64,000 nt of DNA from a candidate division TM6 bacterium GW2011_GWF2_38_10 (GTDB taxonomy: Bacteria > Babelota > Babeliae > Babelales > RVW-14), in the NCBI GenBank assembly GCA_000992305.1, contig LBTY01000007.1, forward strand, positions 28,620-92,619, read 5' to 3'. The notes under the pieces were generated by a model. It had not been told where the DNA came from. It saw only the letters and a list, made by a program, of their open reading frames with translations, and did no database searches. Position 1 is the stretch's first letter, and every line of letters starts with the position of its first letter. The position numbers and the translations under genes were made by a program. This document shows positions 1 to 7,757 of the stretch, piece after piece.

Positions 1-563
1 TCTATAACTTTTTTATGGGCTTCCCACTGCTGCGTAACCCAATACACCATTAATGCATTATTATATACACATGCAGGCCGAAACGCTTTGCAAAGCTCAA
101 GTTCATCAATAGCAGCGCGCGTAACAAACATATCAACGGGATACTCAGTTGTTCGTAAAAAAGTACGCCAATCTAGATCATAAATTTCAACATCAGTAAG
201 CCCAAGCTGTTCTATCACTTCTAATAAAAACTGCTGTTTTTTCTTAGTAACTTCAATCAGAATAACACGTAAATGAGGAAACATAATCTTAAGGGGCAAC
301 CCAGGAAACCCTGCGCCAGAACCAATATCAGCAATTACTTTATGTTGGTTCATATCAATAAATTTACCAAGGGCAAGCGAATCAACAAAATGTTGACGTA
401 CAATCCCCGACAAATCCGTGATTGCGGTTAAATTAAATTCCTGATTTCTGCGACTCAACAAATCTTCATATCGCTGGAATTGTGCCAATTGGAGATCCGA
501 AAGCCCACACTCCTGTTGAAAATCCTGCCATACTCTCTCTGCCGGCTTTTGTTTAATTTTCAT
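1..563 (-). CDS. rsmG: 16S rRNA m7G527 methyltransferase RsmG (GidB); C-terminus cut by window edge
   Basis: Absent from the ORF track because no stop lies in the window. A reverse-strand ATG at 563-561 opens an unbroken frame to base 1: MKIKQKPAERVWQDFQQECGLSDLQLAQFQRYEDLLSRRNQEFNLTAITD...HKVIADIGSGAGFPGLPLKIMFPHLRVILIEVTKKK. It has the SAM-binding DIGSGAGFPGxP block and the NLTAI motif of RsmG. Confidence 0.85.
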   Translation of the reverse strand, partial: MKIKQKPAERVWQDFQQECGLSDLQLAQFQRYEDLLSRRNQEFNLTAITDLSGIVRQHFVDSLALGKFIDMNQHKVIADIGSGAGFPGLPLKIMFPHLRVILIEVTKKKQQFLLEVIEQLGLTDVEIYDLDWRTFLRTTEYPVDMFVTRAAIDELELCKAFRPACVYNNALMVYWVTQQWEAHKKVI

Positions 564-689
564 TTGAAATTCCTTATTAAAATACCATTGCTGCTATTCT
601 GTAGCTTTTACCATTTTTTTTTTGCTATGGTGATAAGTGTAAAAGTTTTTTTAAAAATGTACAAGGTACCCGACAAGAAAGGATAAATT

Positions 690-1442
690 ATGAAAATCCC
701 ACGCATATCCCGCTTTTTAATGCTTCATGTCTTTTTTTTTCTAGCGGCTCCCTTTTTTATCAGCGCAGATACAAGAATTAACCTATTTCTCAAACACCCA
801 CCACAAAAAACAATAACCGAAAGCATTAACCAAATCACTAAAGAACAGCAGAACGAAGAACTTGCCCTCATCACAAAAGCAACCGATGCTCAAACAATTA
901 AAAAAAAACTCAAACAAGAAATAACCTACAAACTTAGTGGTTTTTTTGCCACATATGCAGGATATACTGATACATCAAATCCAGATGGCCTCATTTCATT
1001 TCCTCTACGCCACAGTACCCCTAAACTCTATCTTGCCATTACACCATCGATTAATCTAGTGAAAGTTAAGGGTAAAACAATTTCACACCGAGAATATATT
1101 GTCGATGCAGAAACTAAAATGTACCTTATGGAACAAAAAACCGATGAACACCAAACAACCTACTGGGAAGTGAGCGAACAACCGCTTCCGGAAAATAGAA
1201 AGGTCAATCCACTTACCCTTATTATTTTTGCTAACCCCCAAAACATCATAGTCCCAACGGGAACATTCCTCTCCGAACCGTCATCTCACCTTATTTTGCC
1301 AGAACTATACGTGGTTGGTGATATCCAGCAGGGCTCTATTCTTTTAAAAGCTCTTGATCTTAAACGTTTTTTTGAAAAAATACGCGAAAAAGATACCAAA
1401 CAGGGCGAAAACATAACCCAAACATTAATCACCAATATGTAA
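690..1442 (+). CDS. hypothetical exported protein, no recognisable domain
   Basis: 250-aa ORF with a hydrophobic signal-like N-terminus (FLMLHVFFFLAAPFFISA) and a purine-rich SD-like aagaaagga just upstream. Confidence 0.6.
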   Translation: MKIPRISRFLMLHVFFFLAAPFFISADTRINLFLKHPPQKTITESINQITKEQQNEELALITKATDAQTIKKKLKQEITYKLSGFFATYAGYTDTSNPDGLISFPLRHSTPKLYLAITPSINLVKVKGKTISHREYIVDAETKMYLMEQKTDEHQTTYWEVSEQPLPENRKVNPLTLIIFANPQNIIVPTGTFLSEPSSHLILPELYVVGDIQQGSILLKALDLKRFFEKIREKDTKQGENITQTLITNM

Positions 1443-1455
1443 TTTTATAAAATAG

Positions 1456-1483
1456 TTGAAAAATAAAAACCTTTTCATATAGT
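1456..1483 (+). promoter_or_regulatory. sigma70-like promoter for the 1552 gene
   Basis: TTGAAA (1456-1461), 16-nt spacer, TATAGT (1478-1483), about 70 nt upstream of the ATG at 1552. Confidence 0.4.
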
Positions 1484-1551
1484 ATGATAAGTAGTCTCGT
1501 AGAAGTTCTTTCTAAACCCATGGCACACTGTGTCATAAAAAAGGAGATCTC

Positions 1552-1800
1552 ATGATTTCATCCAAAAAACTGGTGCTTTTGAGCGCATTACTTGCAGCAT
1601 TTGCACTTCCTGGTTGCGGAAAAAAATGTGACAGCAAAAAACCAAAGGCCAAAATAGAACGCCAAGATAGACGTATTAAACGTACAAAAAAATCAAAAAA
1701 AGCACGCTCAATAAAAAGATCTAGAAGATCAAAAAAAGCAAGAAAATCCAAAAAAGTTGAAGACCGCTCCAAAAAAAGCCTTCTTAACCGAAGCTACTAG
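1552..1800 (+). CDS. small polybasic lipoprotein (lipobox plus K/R-rich tail)
   Basis: 82 aa. Signal peptide with lipobox LLAAFALPG|C, then an extremely basic tail (KKPKAKIERQDRRIKRTKKSKKARSIKRSRRSKKARKSKK). SD aaaggag lies upstream and a terminator immediately downstream. Confidence 0.6.
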   Translation: MISSKKLVLLSALLAAFALPGCGKKCDSKKPKAKIERQDRRIKRTKKSKKARSIKRSRRSKKARKSKKVEDRSKKSLLNRSY

Positions 1801-1811
1801 ATAACTATCGA

Positions 1812-1835
1812 GGGAGGCGATCCGCCTCCCTTTCT
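1812..1835 (+). terminator. rho-independent terminator
   Basis: Perfect 8-bp GC-rich stem, gggaggcg (1812-1819) with cgcctccc (1823-1830), a 3-nt loop, then tttct. Confidence 0.7.
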
Positions 1836-1861
1836 GAATCACCAATGTCATAATAAAACCG

Positions 1862-1897
1862 TGTCAATTTGACAAAGTTACAACACCGTGATAACAT
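1862..1897 (+). promoter_or_regulatory. promoter with overlapping palindromic operator of the antitoxin/Doc operon
   Basis: TTGACA (1869-1874), 17-nt spacer, TAACAT (1892-1897). The -35 element sits inside the 13-bp palindrome TGTCAA-T-TTGACA (1862-1874). Confidence 0.45.
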
Positions 1898-1923
1898 TGT
1901 AGTATCAAAATGAAAGGTTTTTT

Positions 1924-2172
1924 ATGATCAAAAAATTAGCAAAACATGGCAATAGCTATGCACTTGTTTTTCCCAAAACATTAATGGAACTTCTTCATAT
2001 GAAGGCGTCAACACCACTTGAACTAACCATAGTGGATGGCAAAATAGTAATTGAGCCAGTTGTATCTGTAAAAAAAATCAAAAAAATTTCTAACAACCCA
2101 AAAGTCCAACAAGCCTTCGAACAAGTACTTTGTAAATATTCCCCCGCATTAAAAAAATTAGCTCAAAAATAA
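1924..2172 (+). CDS. AbrB/MazE/SpoVT-type antitoxin (partner of Doc)
   Basis: 82 aa. MIKKLAKHGNSYALVFPKTLMELLHMKASTPLELTIVDGKIVIEP matches the swapped-hairpin (AbrB/MazE) pattern K-xGNSxxvxiPK...l...g. It ends 8 nt before the Doc gene. Confidence 0.75.
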   Translation: MIKKLAKHGNSYALVFPKTLMELLHMKASTPLELTIVDGKIVIEPVVSVKKIKKISNNPKVQQAFEQVLCKYSPALKKLAQK

Positions 2173-2180
2173 GAATAATA

Positions 2181-2564
2181 ATGATTTGCTTTTTAACTAT
2201 CCAAGAAATTCTCAACATTCACGAAGTTTTGATTGAAAAATTTGGTGGCTCTTTGGGCGTACGCAATAAAGATCTTTTAGAGTCGGCGCTCACCCAACCA
2301 CAAACGTCTTTTGCCGGACATTATTTACATAAAAATATTTTTATGATGGCAGCTGCATATACCTTCCATATCATTAAAAATCATCCTTTTGTTGACGGAA
2401 ACAAACGAACAGGAATGGCGGCTGCAATAACTTTTTTACATTTAAATGGTTATACCGTTAACTTTTCTCAAGAAAATTTTTGTCAGCTTGCCATCAATAT
2501 TGCAACTTCCAAGCTTTCTAAGAAAAAACTAGCCGAAATATTCGAAAAAGCAGTCACCATTTAA
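2181..2564 (+). CDS. doc: death-on-curing (Doc) family toxin, Fic fold
   Basis: 127 aa with the Doc/Fic active-site motif HPFVDGNKRTG (HxFxDGNKR) and the N-terminal pattern EILNIHEVLIEKFGGSLGVRNKDLLESAL typical of Doc. Confidence 0.85.
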   Translation: MICFLTIQEILNIHEVLIEKFGGSLGVRNKDLLESALTQPQTSFAGHYLHKNIFMMAAAYTFHIIKNHPFVDGNKRTGMAAAITFLHLNGYTVNFSQENFCQLAINIATSKLSKKKLAEIFEKAVTI

Positions 2565-2749
2565 AAAATTCGTAAACCCCTAAAAAAGAATTCCGTTATA
2601 CTCATCTTTTTTGCTACCTCAATCCATTTGTTAAGGTAGCCCAACTCTCAGCAATAAATACCCTATACGAAATAAAATTTTATAGCTATGCTAAACCATC
2701 ACTGTAGAAAATAGGTTACTATATTCTTACCACCACAAGGAGTTGGTTT

Positions 2750-3268
2750 ATGAATACAAAAAAACTTTGTCTTTTGTGCCTCAGCTTAGCAGCACCCCTT
2801 TCTGGCTGCAAATGTCCATTTAACGGCTGCCAAGCTGATAAAAAGGTTATCGAAAAAATTAATGCTGACGTAAAAGAATTGAGCGAAAAACAATCCGCAA
2901 AAGAAAGCTCCGAAGCCATATCAGAAGAAAAAATAACACCAATCGCCATAATATCAAAACAAGCATTTGAAAAAGAAGTTTTACAATCAACACTTCCTGT
3001 TATCGTTGACTTCTCCGCAGAATGGTGCGGCGCATGCAAAGCATCTCTTCCTGCGCTTAATGCTGCAGCACAAGAACTTGCAACAACCCACAAATTTGTC
3101 ACCATCAATACCGACGATGCTGCAGAACTTGCTCAAGAATATGGCATCCGTGGCATTCCAACATTTATCTTTTTTAAAGATGGCAAAGAAGTTACTCGTA
3201 AAGTTGGCGGCATCACCCAAAAAGATGCGTTTATCAAAGTAATCAACGAAACATTCGAACAAAAATAA
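2750..3268 (+). CDS. lipoprotein-anchored thioredoxin
   Basis: 172 aa. Lipobox LAAPLSG|C, then a C-terminal thioredoxin domain with active site WCGACK and the cis-Pro context GIRGIPTFIFFKDGKE. Confidence 0.8.
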   Translation: MNTKKLCLLCLSLAAPLSGCKCPFNGCQADKKVIEKINADVKELSEKQSAKESSEAISEEKITPIAIISKQAFEKEVLQSTLPVIVDFSAEWCGACKASLPALNAAAQELATTHKFVTINTDDAAELAQEYGIRGIPTFIFFKDGKEVTRKVGGITQKDAFIKVINETFEQK

Positions 3269-3288
3269 CAACCAAAGGACGAGCGATA

Positions 3289-4614
3289 ATGAACCTAACA
3301 CTCTACAATTCGCTAACGCGAAAAAAAGAATCTTTTACACCACTAGATCCCACAACGGTGCGCATGTATGTGTGTGGCATTACGCCCTACGACTATGCAC
3401 ATCTTGGGCATGGTCGCTCGTCAATAAATTTTGATGTTTTATTCCGCCTTTTAAAACACCTTTACCAAAACGTTTCCTACGTAAGAAATTACACTGATAT
3501 TGATGATAAAATAATTGCTAAAGCAGCTCTAGAAGGCGCACCGGAAAACTTTATTGCTCTTGCCCAACGCTACATATCGATCTATCAAGAAAATATGCAC
3601 CAACTCAACTGCCTCCCGCCAACACATGAACCACGCGTAACCAACTACATAGCTCCCATTATAAATTTTATTGCGGGACTGGTTGATGCCGGCAAAGCAT
3701 ATGTTATTGATCACGATGTCTATTTTGACATTTCCTCATTTCCTCACTATGGCAAACTATCAGGTCGCAGCGAGCAGGACTTGCTCGCTGGAGCACGTAT
3801 TGACATAGATGAACGCAAACACAATCCAGGCGACTTTGTGCTATGGAAAGGAAATACCGAACAAAAATTTTGGCAATCCCCCTGGGGATACGGCCGACCA
3901 GGCTGGCATATCGAATGCTCAGTTATGTGTAAGGAACTTCTTGGTGAAACGATCGATATTCACGGCGGCGGTATGGACCTTCTCTTTCCTCACCATGAAA
4001 ATGAAATAACCCAATCAGAAAGCCTTTCTGGAAAACCATTTGCTCGCTATTGGCTTCATAACGCCTTTATTACCATTAACAAAGAAAAAATGTCCAAATC
4101 ACTGGGTAATTTTATTACCTTGTCGGCATTATTTAAACAATATGATCCAATGGTTTTTCGCTACTTTATTCTTCAACACCACTATCGCACGCCCATTGAT
4201 TTTTCAGATAGCGAACTTACGGCAAGCCAAACAGCTTACAAAAAACTCATTGCCGCATTTGCCCACGTGCCCGCAGCATGGGATCAGCATATAACACACC
4301 CGCTCATCGTACAACTCATGCAAGCACTGTGCGATGATTTGAATACCCCTCGATATCTTGGTATTATCTTTGAACATTTATCGCACCTCAAAGATGATAT
4401 TGAACTTGCAGCCCATGTTCGCTTTACCTTGCAAACTATTGTTGGCTTAACTCTTGCCCCACTAGAAAACCCCCAACAAATCACCCCTGAAATTCAGGCA
4501 CTACTTGAGGAACGCGAACAAGCGCGCAAAAACAAAGATTGGGCGCGCGCCGATCAAATCAGATCCCAGCTCACCGCAATGGGATATCAACTTCATGATA
4601 AAAAAACATCATAA
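3289..4614 (+). CDS. cysS: cysteinyl-tRNA synthetase
   Basis: 441 aa. Class I HIGH-type motif (HLGHGRS) and KMSKS motif (KMSKSLGN). CysRS blocks MYVCGITPYDYAHLGH and GWHIECS are present. Confidence 0.95.
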   Translation: MNLTLYNSLTRKKESFTPLDPTTVRMYVCGITPYDYAHLGHGRSSINFDVLFRLLKHLYQNVSYVRNYTDIDDKIIAKAALEGAPENFIALAQRYISIYQENMHQLNCLPPTHEPRVTNYIAPIINFIAGLVDAGKAYVIDHDVYFDISSFPHYGKLSGRSEQDLLAGARIDIDERKHNPGDFVLWKGNTEQKFWQSPWGYGRPGWHIECSVMCKELLGETIDIHGGGMDLLFPHHENEITQSESLSGKPFARYWLHNAFITINKEKMSKSLGNFITLSALFKQYDPMVFRYFILQHHYRTPIDFSDSELTASQTAYKKLIAAFAHVPAAWDQHITHPLIVQLMQALCDDLNTPRYLGIIFEHLSHLKDDIELAAHVRFTLQTIVGLTLAPLENPQQITPEIQALLEEREQARKNKDWARADQIRSQLTAMGYQLHDKKTS

Positions 4615-4641
4615 CAATCCAAAGAGCTCATAAGGAATTTT

Positions 4642-6093
4642 ATGAACACACAAAAACCAGTCGTCAGAACTCGCTTTGCACCAAGCCCTACCGGATTTCT
4701 GCACGTAGGCGGGCTACGCACTGCTTTATACGCATACCTTCTTGCCAAAAAACATAATGGTCAATTTATTTTACGCATAGAAGATACCGACAAAACACGA
4801 GAAGTCCCTGGCGCCATTGACAATATTATCAACACACTTTCGTGGGCAGGCATTGAATTTGATGAAGGCCCAGGAAAACCTGGCCTCTGCACAACGTATA
4901 TTCAATCACAACGACTTCCGTTGTACAAAAAATACGCCGAACAACTTGTTGCCCAAGGTGATGCATACTACTGCTTTTGCTCCGCTGAACGCCTTGACCA
5001 AGTTCGCAAAGAACAACAAGCAAACCACCAACCCCCTGCCTATGATAAACACTGCCGTAACCTTCCTGCTGAAGAAGTTGCCAAACGACTTGCAAACGGC
5101 GAGCCTCACGTTATCCGCATGAAAATTCCACGTGAAGGTGAAATGACCTTTACCGACACCATCCGCGGCATCGTCAGTATTAATTATAAAGCAGTTGACG
5201 ATCAAGTAATTATTAAATCTGATGGATACCCAACCTATCACCTTGCCGTTGTGGTAGACGATCATGATATGTGTATATCACACGTTATTCGTGGCGAAGA
5301 ATGGTTGCCAAGCACTCCTAAACACCTTCTGCTCTACCGCTACTTAGGCTGGCAAGCACCCGTATTTGCCCATCTTCCATTACTTTTAAATCCAGATCGT
5401 AGTAAATTAAGTAAGCGCCAAGGCGATGTTGCCGTTCAAGACTACAAAGAAAAAGGGTACCTTGCGCAAGCGCTTGTCAATTTCATAGCCTTTTTGGGCT
5501 GGAATCCTGGCGATGAACGTGAATTTTTTTCACTCCAAGAACTCATACAAGAATTTTCACTTGAACGCGTTGGCCACGCAGGAGCCGTCTTTAATGTGCA
5601 AAAACTGCAATGGCTTAACCAACAATACATTATGAAAACGCCAACCGATCAGCTTTATCAACTCATCCTTCCTTATCTTGAAAAAACTACGTGGAGCATT
5701 CCTTCACAAGACTATGTTTATAACGTTATTAACATAATGAAAGATCGCGCCGTCCTTCTTCCTGATTTTGTTACACTAACTGAATTTTTCTTTCTTGCCC
5801 CAACCAGTTACGATCAAGCAACACATGCAAAATGTTGGAACGAAGACACCAAACGCCACCTAACAGAACTTGAAGCGCGCTATGCAACACTTGAACCATT
5901 CACCGCACAAACAACTGAAGCAAGTCTCAGATCCTACGCTACAGAACTCAACATTTCGGCAGGCAAGCTGCTTCTCCCCTTACGCCTTGCCGTTACAGGA
6001 TCTGGACAAGGACCAAGCTTATTTCATGCAATCGAAATATTAGGCAAACAAGAAACACAAAAAAGAATCCTCTCTTTTTTAAACTACAAATAA
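4642..6093 (+). CDS. gltX: glutamyl-tRNA synthetase
   Basis: 483 aa. RFAPSPTGFLHVGGLRTALY (HIGH region), LRIEDTD, and KLSKRQ (KMSKS-type). Confidence 0.95.
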   Translation: MNTQKPVVRTRFAPSPTGFLHVGGLRTALYAYLLAKKHNGQFILRIEDTDKTREVPGAIDNIINTLSWAGIEFDEGPGKPGLCTTYIQSQRLPLYKKYAEQLVAQGDAYYCFCSAERLDQVRKEQQANHQPPAYDKHCRNLPAEEVAKRLANGEPHVIRMKIPREGEMTFTDTIRGIVSINYKAVDDQVIIKSDGYPTYHLAVVVDDHDMCISHVIRGEEWLPSTPKHLLLYRYLGWQAPVFAHLPLLLNPDRSKLSKRQGDVAVQDYKEKGYLAQALVNFIAFLGWNPGDEREFFSLQELIQEFSLERVGHAGAVFNVQKLQWLNQQYIMKTPTDQLYQLILPYLEKTTWSIPSQDYVYNVINIMKDRAVLLPDFVTLTEFFFLAPTSYDQATHAKCWNEDTKRHLTELEARYATLEPFTAQTTEASLRSYATELNISAGKLLLPLRLAVTGSGQGPSLFHAIEILGKQETQKRILSFLNYK

Positions 6094-6106
6094 ACATTAT
6101 CCATTT

Positions 6107-6160
6107 AAAACGGTGTATTACGGCGCATTGCTAATCACAATAATACACCGTTTTTTCTTT
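6107..6160 (+). terminator. terminator after gltX
   Basis: 14-bp perfect stem, aaaacggtgtatta (6107-6120) with taatacaccgtttt (6141-6154), followed by a T-run. The 20-nt loop is unusually long. Confidence 0.6.
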
Positions 6161-6314
6161 TTTCTTTATATAAAAAAATACAAAGCGAAATTTAAAATCA
6201 AGCAGTTGACTAAACATCATAACTTCGGCAGAATAAAATCATCAACAATAGAAAACAAGATAGTCTAACCCACATACTTTTTTATAACACAAGAAAAAAC
6301 TATAAGGAGGTTTT

Positions 6315-7151
6315 ATGTTAAAAAACATACTACCGAATAACCACGCTAAAAAATGTTTACACTATGCTTTTTTGTTAGCATTAACAACATCAATGTGTAC
6401 GGCAACAACACCAGAATTTTCAACATCTCAACCAAAACAATCACAAGCTTCCACAGCAACGGTAGAAACACAACCATCCGCTCAAGAATCGACAGAACAA
6501 TTTTCAGTACCACAAATTATCAATATTGTAAGCCAAAATATACCCTCAATTCTTGGGGCACTCAAAGCTAAAGCATTATCACTATGCTCAACCATTGACC
6601 AACTCACACTTTACAAATTTAGCAAAAACAATGAACAAACCTTTAAAAAATTAACCTATGCCCTCACCAACACAATCGAAACAAGTCTCAAGCTACACCC
6701 ACACACTACCAAAACAATAACCATTACAACTGACCAAGCAACCATCGTCATCGAAGAAAATGAATACATACAAGCTCATTCCTTTATCAAAAATCAAATT
6801 ACACCACCACCATCAATATCTCATGACCAAAGAGAACAAAAAAACGTCCACATCAAACAAATAGCTAACGATAAGCTTGTTGAAGCACTCTGCTCGATTA
6901 TCACAGTTTTTGTAACCGGCTCAATTCGACAAAACGATATAACATTACTTGTTAAAAACGACATTAAGAAGACACTGTGCGAATCTATGGCACAATCCCT
7001 CACCCTTCAAGAGCTCACAGAACTGACAAAATTTATTTCAAGCCCACTTTATAAAAAATTATGCGCTAATATCGATGAATTTGTCGCTATTTTCGCATCA
7101 ATTATACCATCGTCCCTCCACACGATTATTACATCATCCTATAAAGAATAA
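6315..7151 (+). CDS. hypothetical exported protein
   Basis: 278 aa with a strong SD (taaggagg) and signal-like N-terminus AFLLALTTSMCTA. The C-terminal segment LTELTKFISSPLYKKL is faintly DUF2059-like, which is a weak impression only. Confidence 0.55.
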   Translation: MLKNILPNNHAKKCLHYAFLLALTTSMCTATTPEFSTSQPKQSQASTATVETQPSAQESTEQFSVPQIINIVSQNIPSILGALKAKALSLCSTIDQLTLYKFSKNNEQTFKKLTYALTNTIETSLKLHPHTTKTITITTDQATIVIEENEYIQAHSFIKNQITPPPSISHDQREQKNVHIKQIANDKLVEALCSIITVFVTGSIRQNDITLLVKNDIKKTLCESMAQSLTLQELTELTKFISSPLYKKLCANIDEFVAIFASIIPSSLHTIITSSYKE

Positions 7152-7272
7152 ACAGTTTTGCTAGACATAACCTAACGGTTTGCTACAATTATTGGTGATT
7201 TTAAACCTTGTTTGATGTATAACAAAAAATGTAAACTTAAATGATTATGCTATTCTGAAAGGCTATTTGACC

Positions 7273-7611
7273 ATGGAATACACAGAAATACCTGTTTTTG
7301 AAAAATACGCATTGTTCCAGACTGGTGGCAAACAATACCAAGCTATTCCAGGGAAAACAGTGGCTATTGAAAAAATTGAAGGTGAAGCAGGACAAGAACT
7401 TGTTTTCAATGAAGTTTTGTTCCGTAAAAATGGCGAAAATTCATTCGAAATTGGACAGCCATTTGTAAAAGGCGCACAAATTAAGGCAAGCATTGTAAAA
7501 CAACACAAAACTGCTAAAGTTGTTGTTTTCAAATTTAAACGCCGCACAAAATACAGAACAAAAACTGGCCACCGCCAAAAACAAACAATTATTCGCATCA
7601 CCGAAATCTAA
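7273..7611 (+). CDS. rplU: 50S ribosomal protein L21
   Basis: YALFQTGGKQYQAIPGKTVAIEKIEG...VVVFKFKRRTKYRTKTGHRQKQTIIRITEI is the classic L21 pattern. The track begins at TTG 7267, but the ATG at 7273 is the more likely start. Confidence 0.9.
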   Translation: MEYTEIPVFEKYALFQTGGKQYQAIPGKTVAIEKIEGEAGQELVFNEVLFRKNGENSFEIGQPFVKGAQIKASIVKQHKTAKVVVFKFKRRTKYRTKTGHRQKQTIIRITEI

Positions 7612-7633
7612 ACATTCTTGTTTATACAGATTT

Positions 7634-7669
7634 AAAAAAAGAAGCCTTTCTGTAGGGCTTCTTTTTTTT
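7634..7669 (+). terminator. rho-independent terminator after rplU
   Basis: A-run, then stem gaagcc (7641-7646) with ggcttc (7656-7661), then T8. Confidence 0.7.
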
Positions 7670-7757
7670 GTACTTTTTTCTCATTACTTGCATACCAAAT
7701 CCCCGATATTTCAAACTATACTTCCTAACAATAACCCCTTTATAAAAAAGGACTTGT

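Noticed and set aside
2613-2640. 7-bp hairpin gctacct / aggtagc downstream of doc
   Set aside because: No T-run follows it on either strand (the T-run precedes it) and the loop is 14 nt. This is insufficient to call a terminator.
2719-3108. 129-aa minus-strand ORF and other long antisense or off-frame ORFs inside well-supported genes (for example 12881-13297, 14697-15056, 37157-37429, 43841-44296, 47933-48292, 55656-56006)
   Set aside because: They lie entirely within genes that have strong family motifs on another frame or the opposite strand. They have low-complexity or odd composition, no SD, and are typical shadow ORFs.
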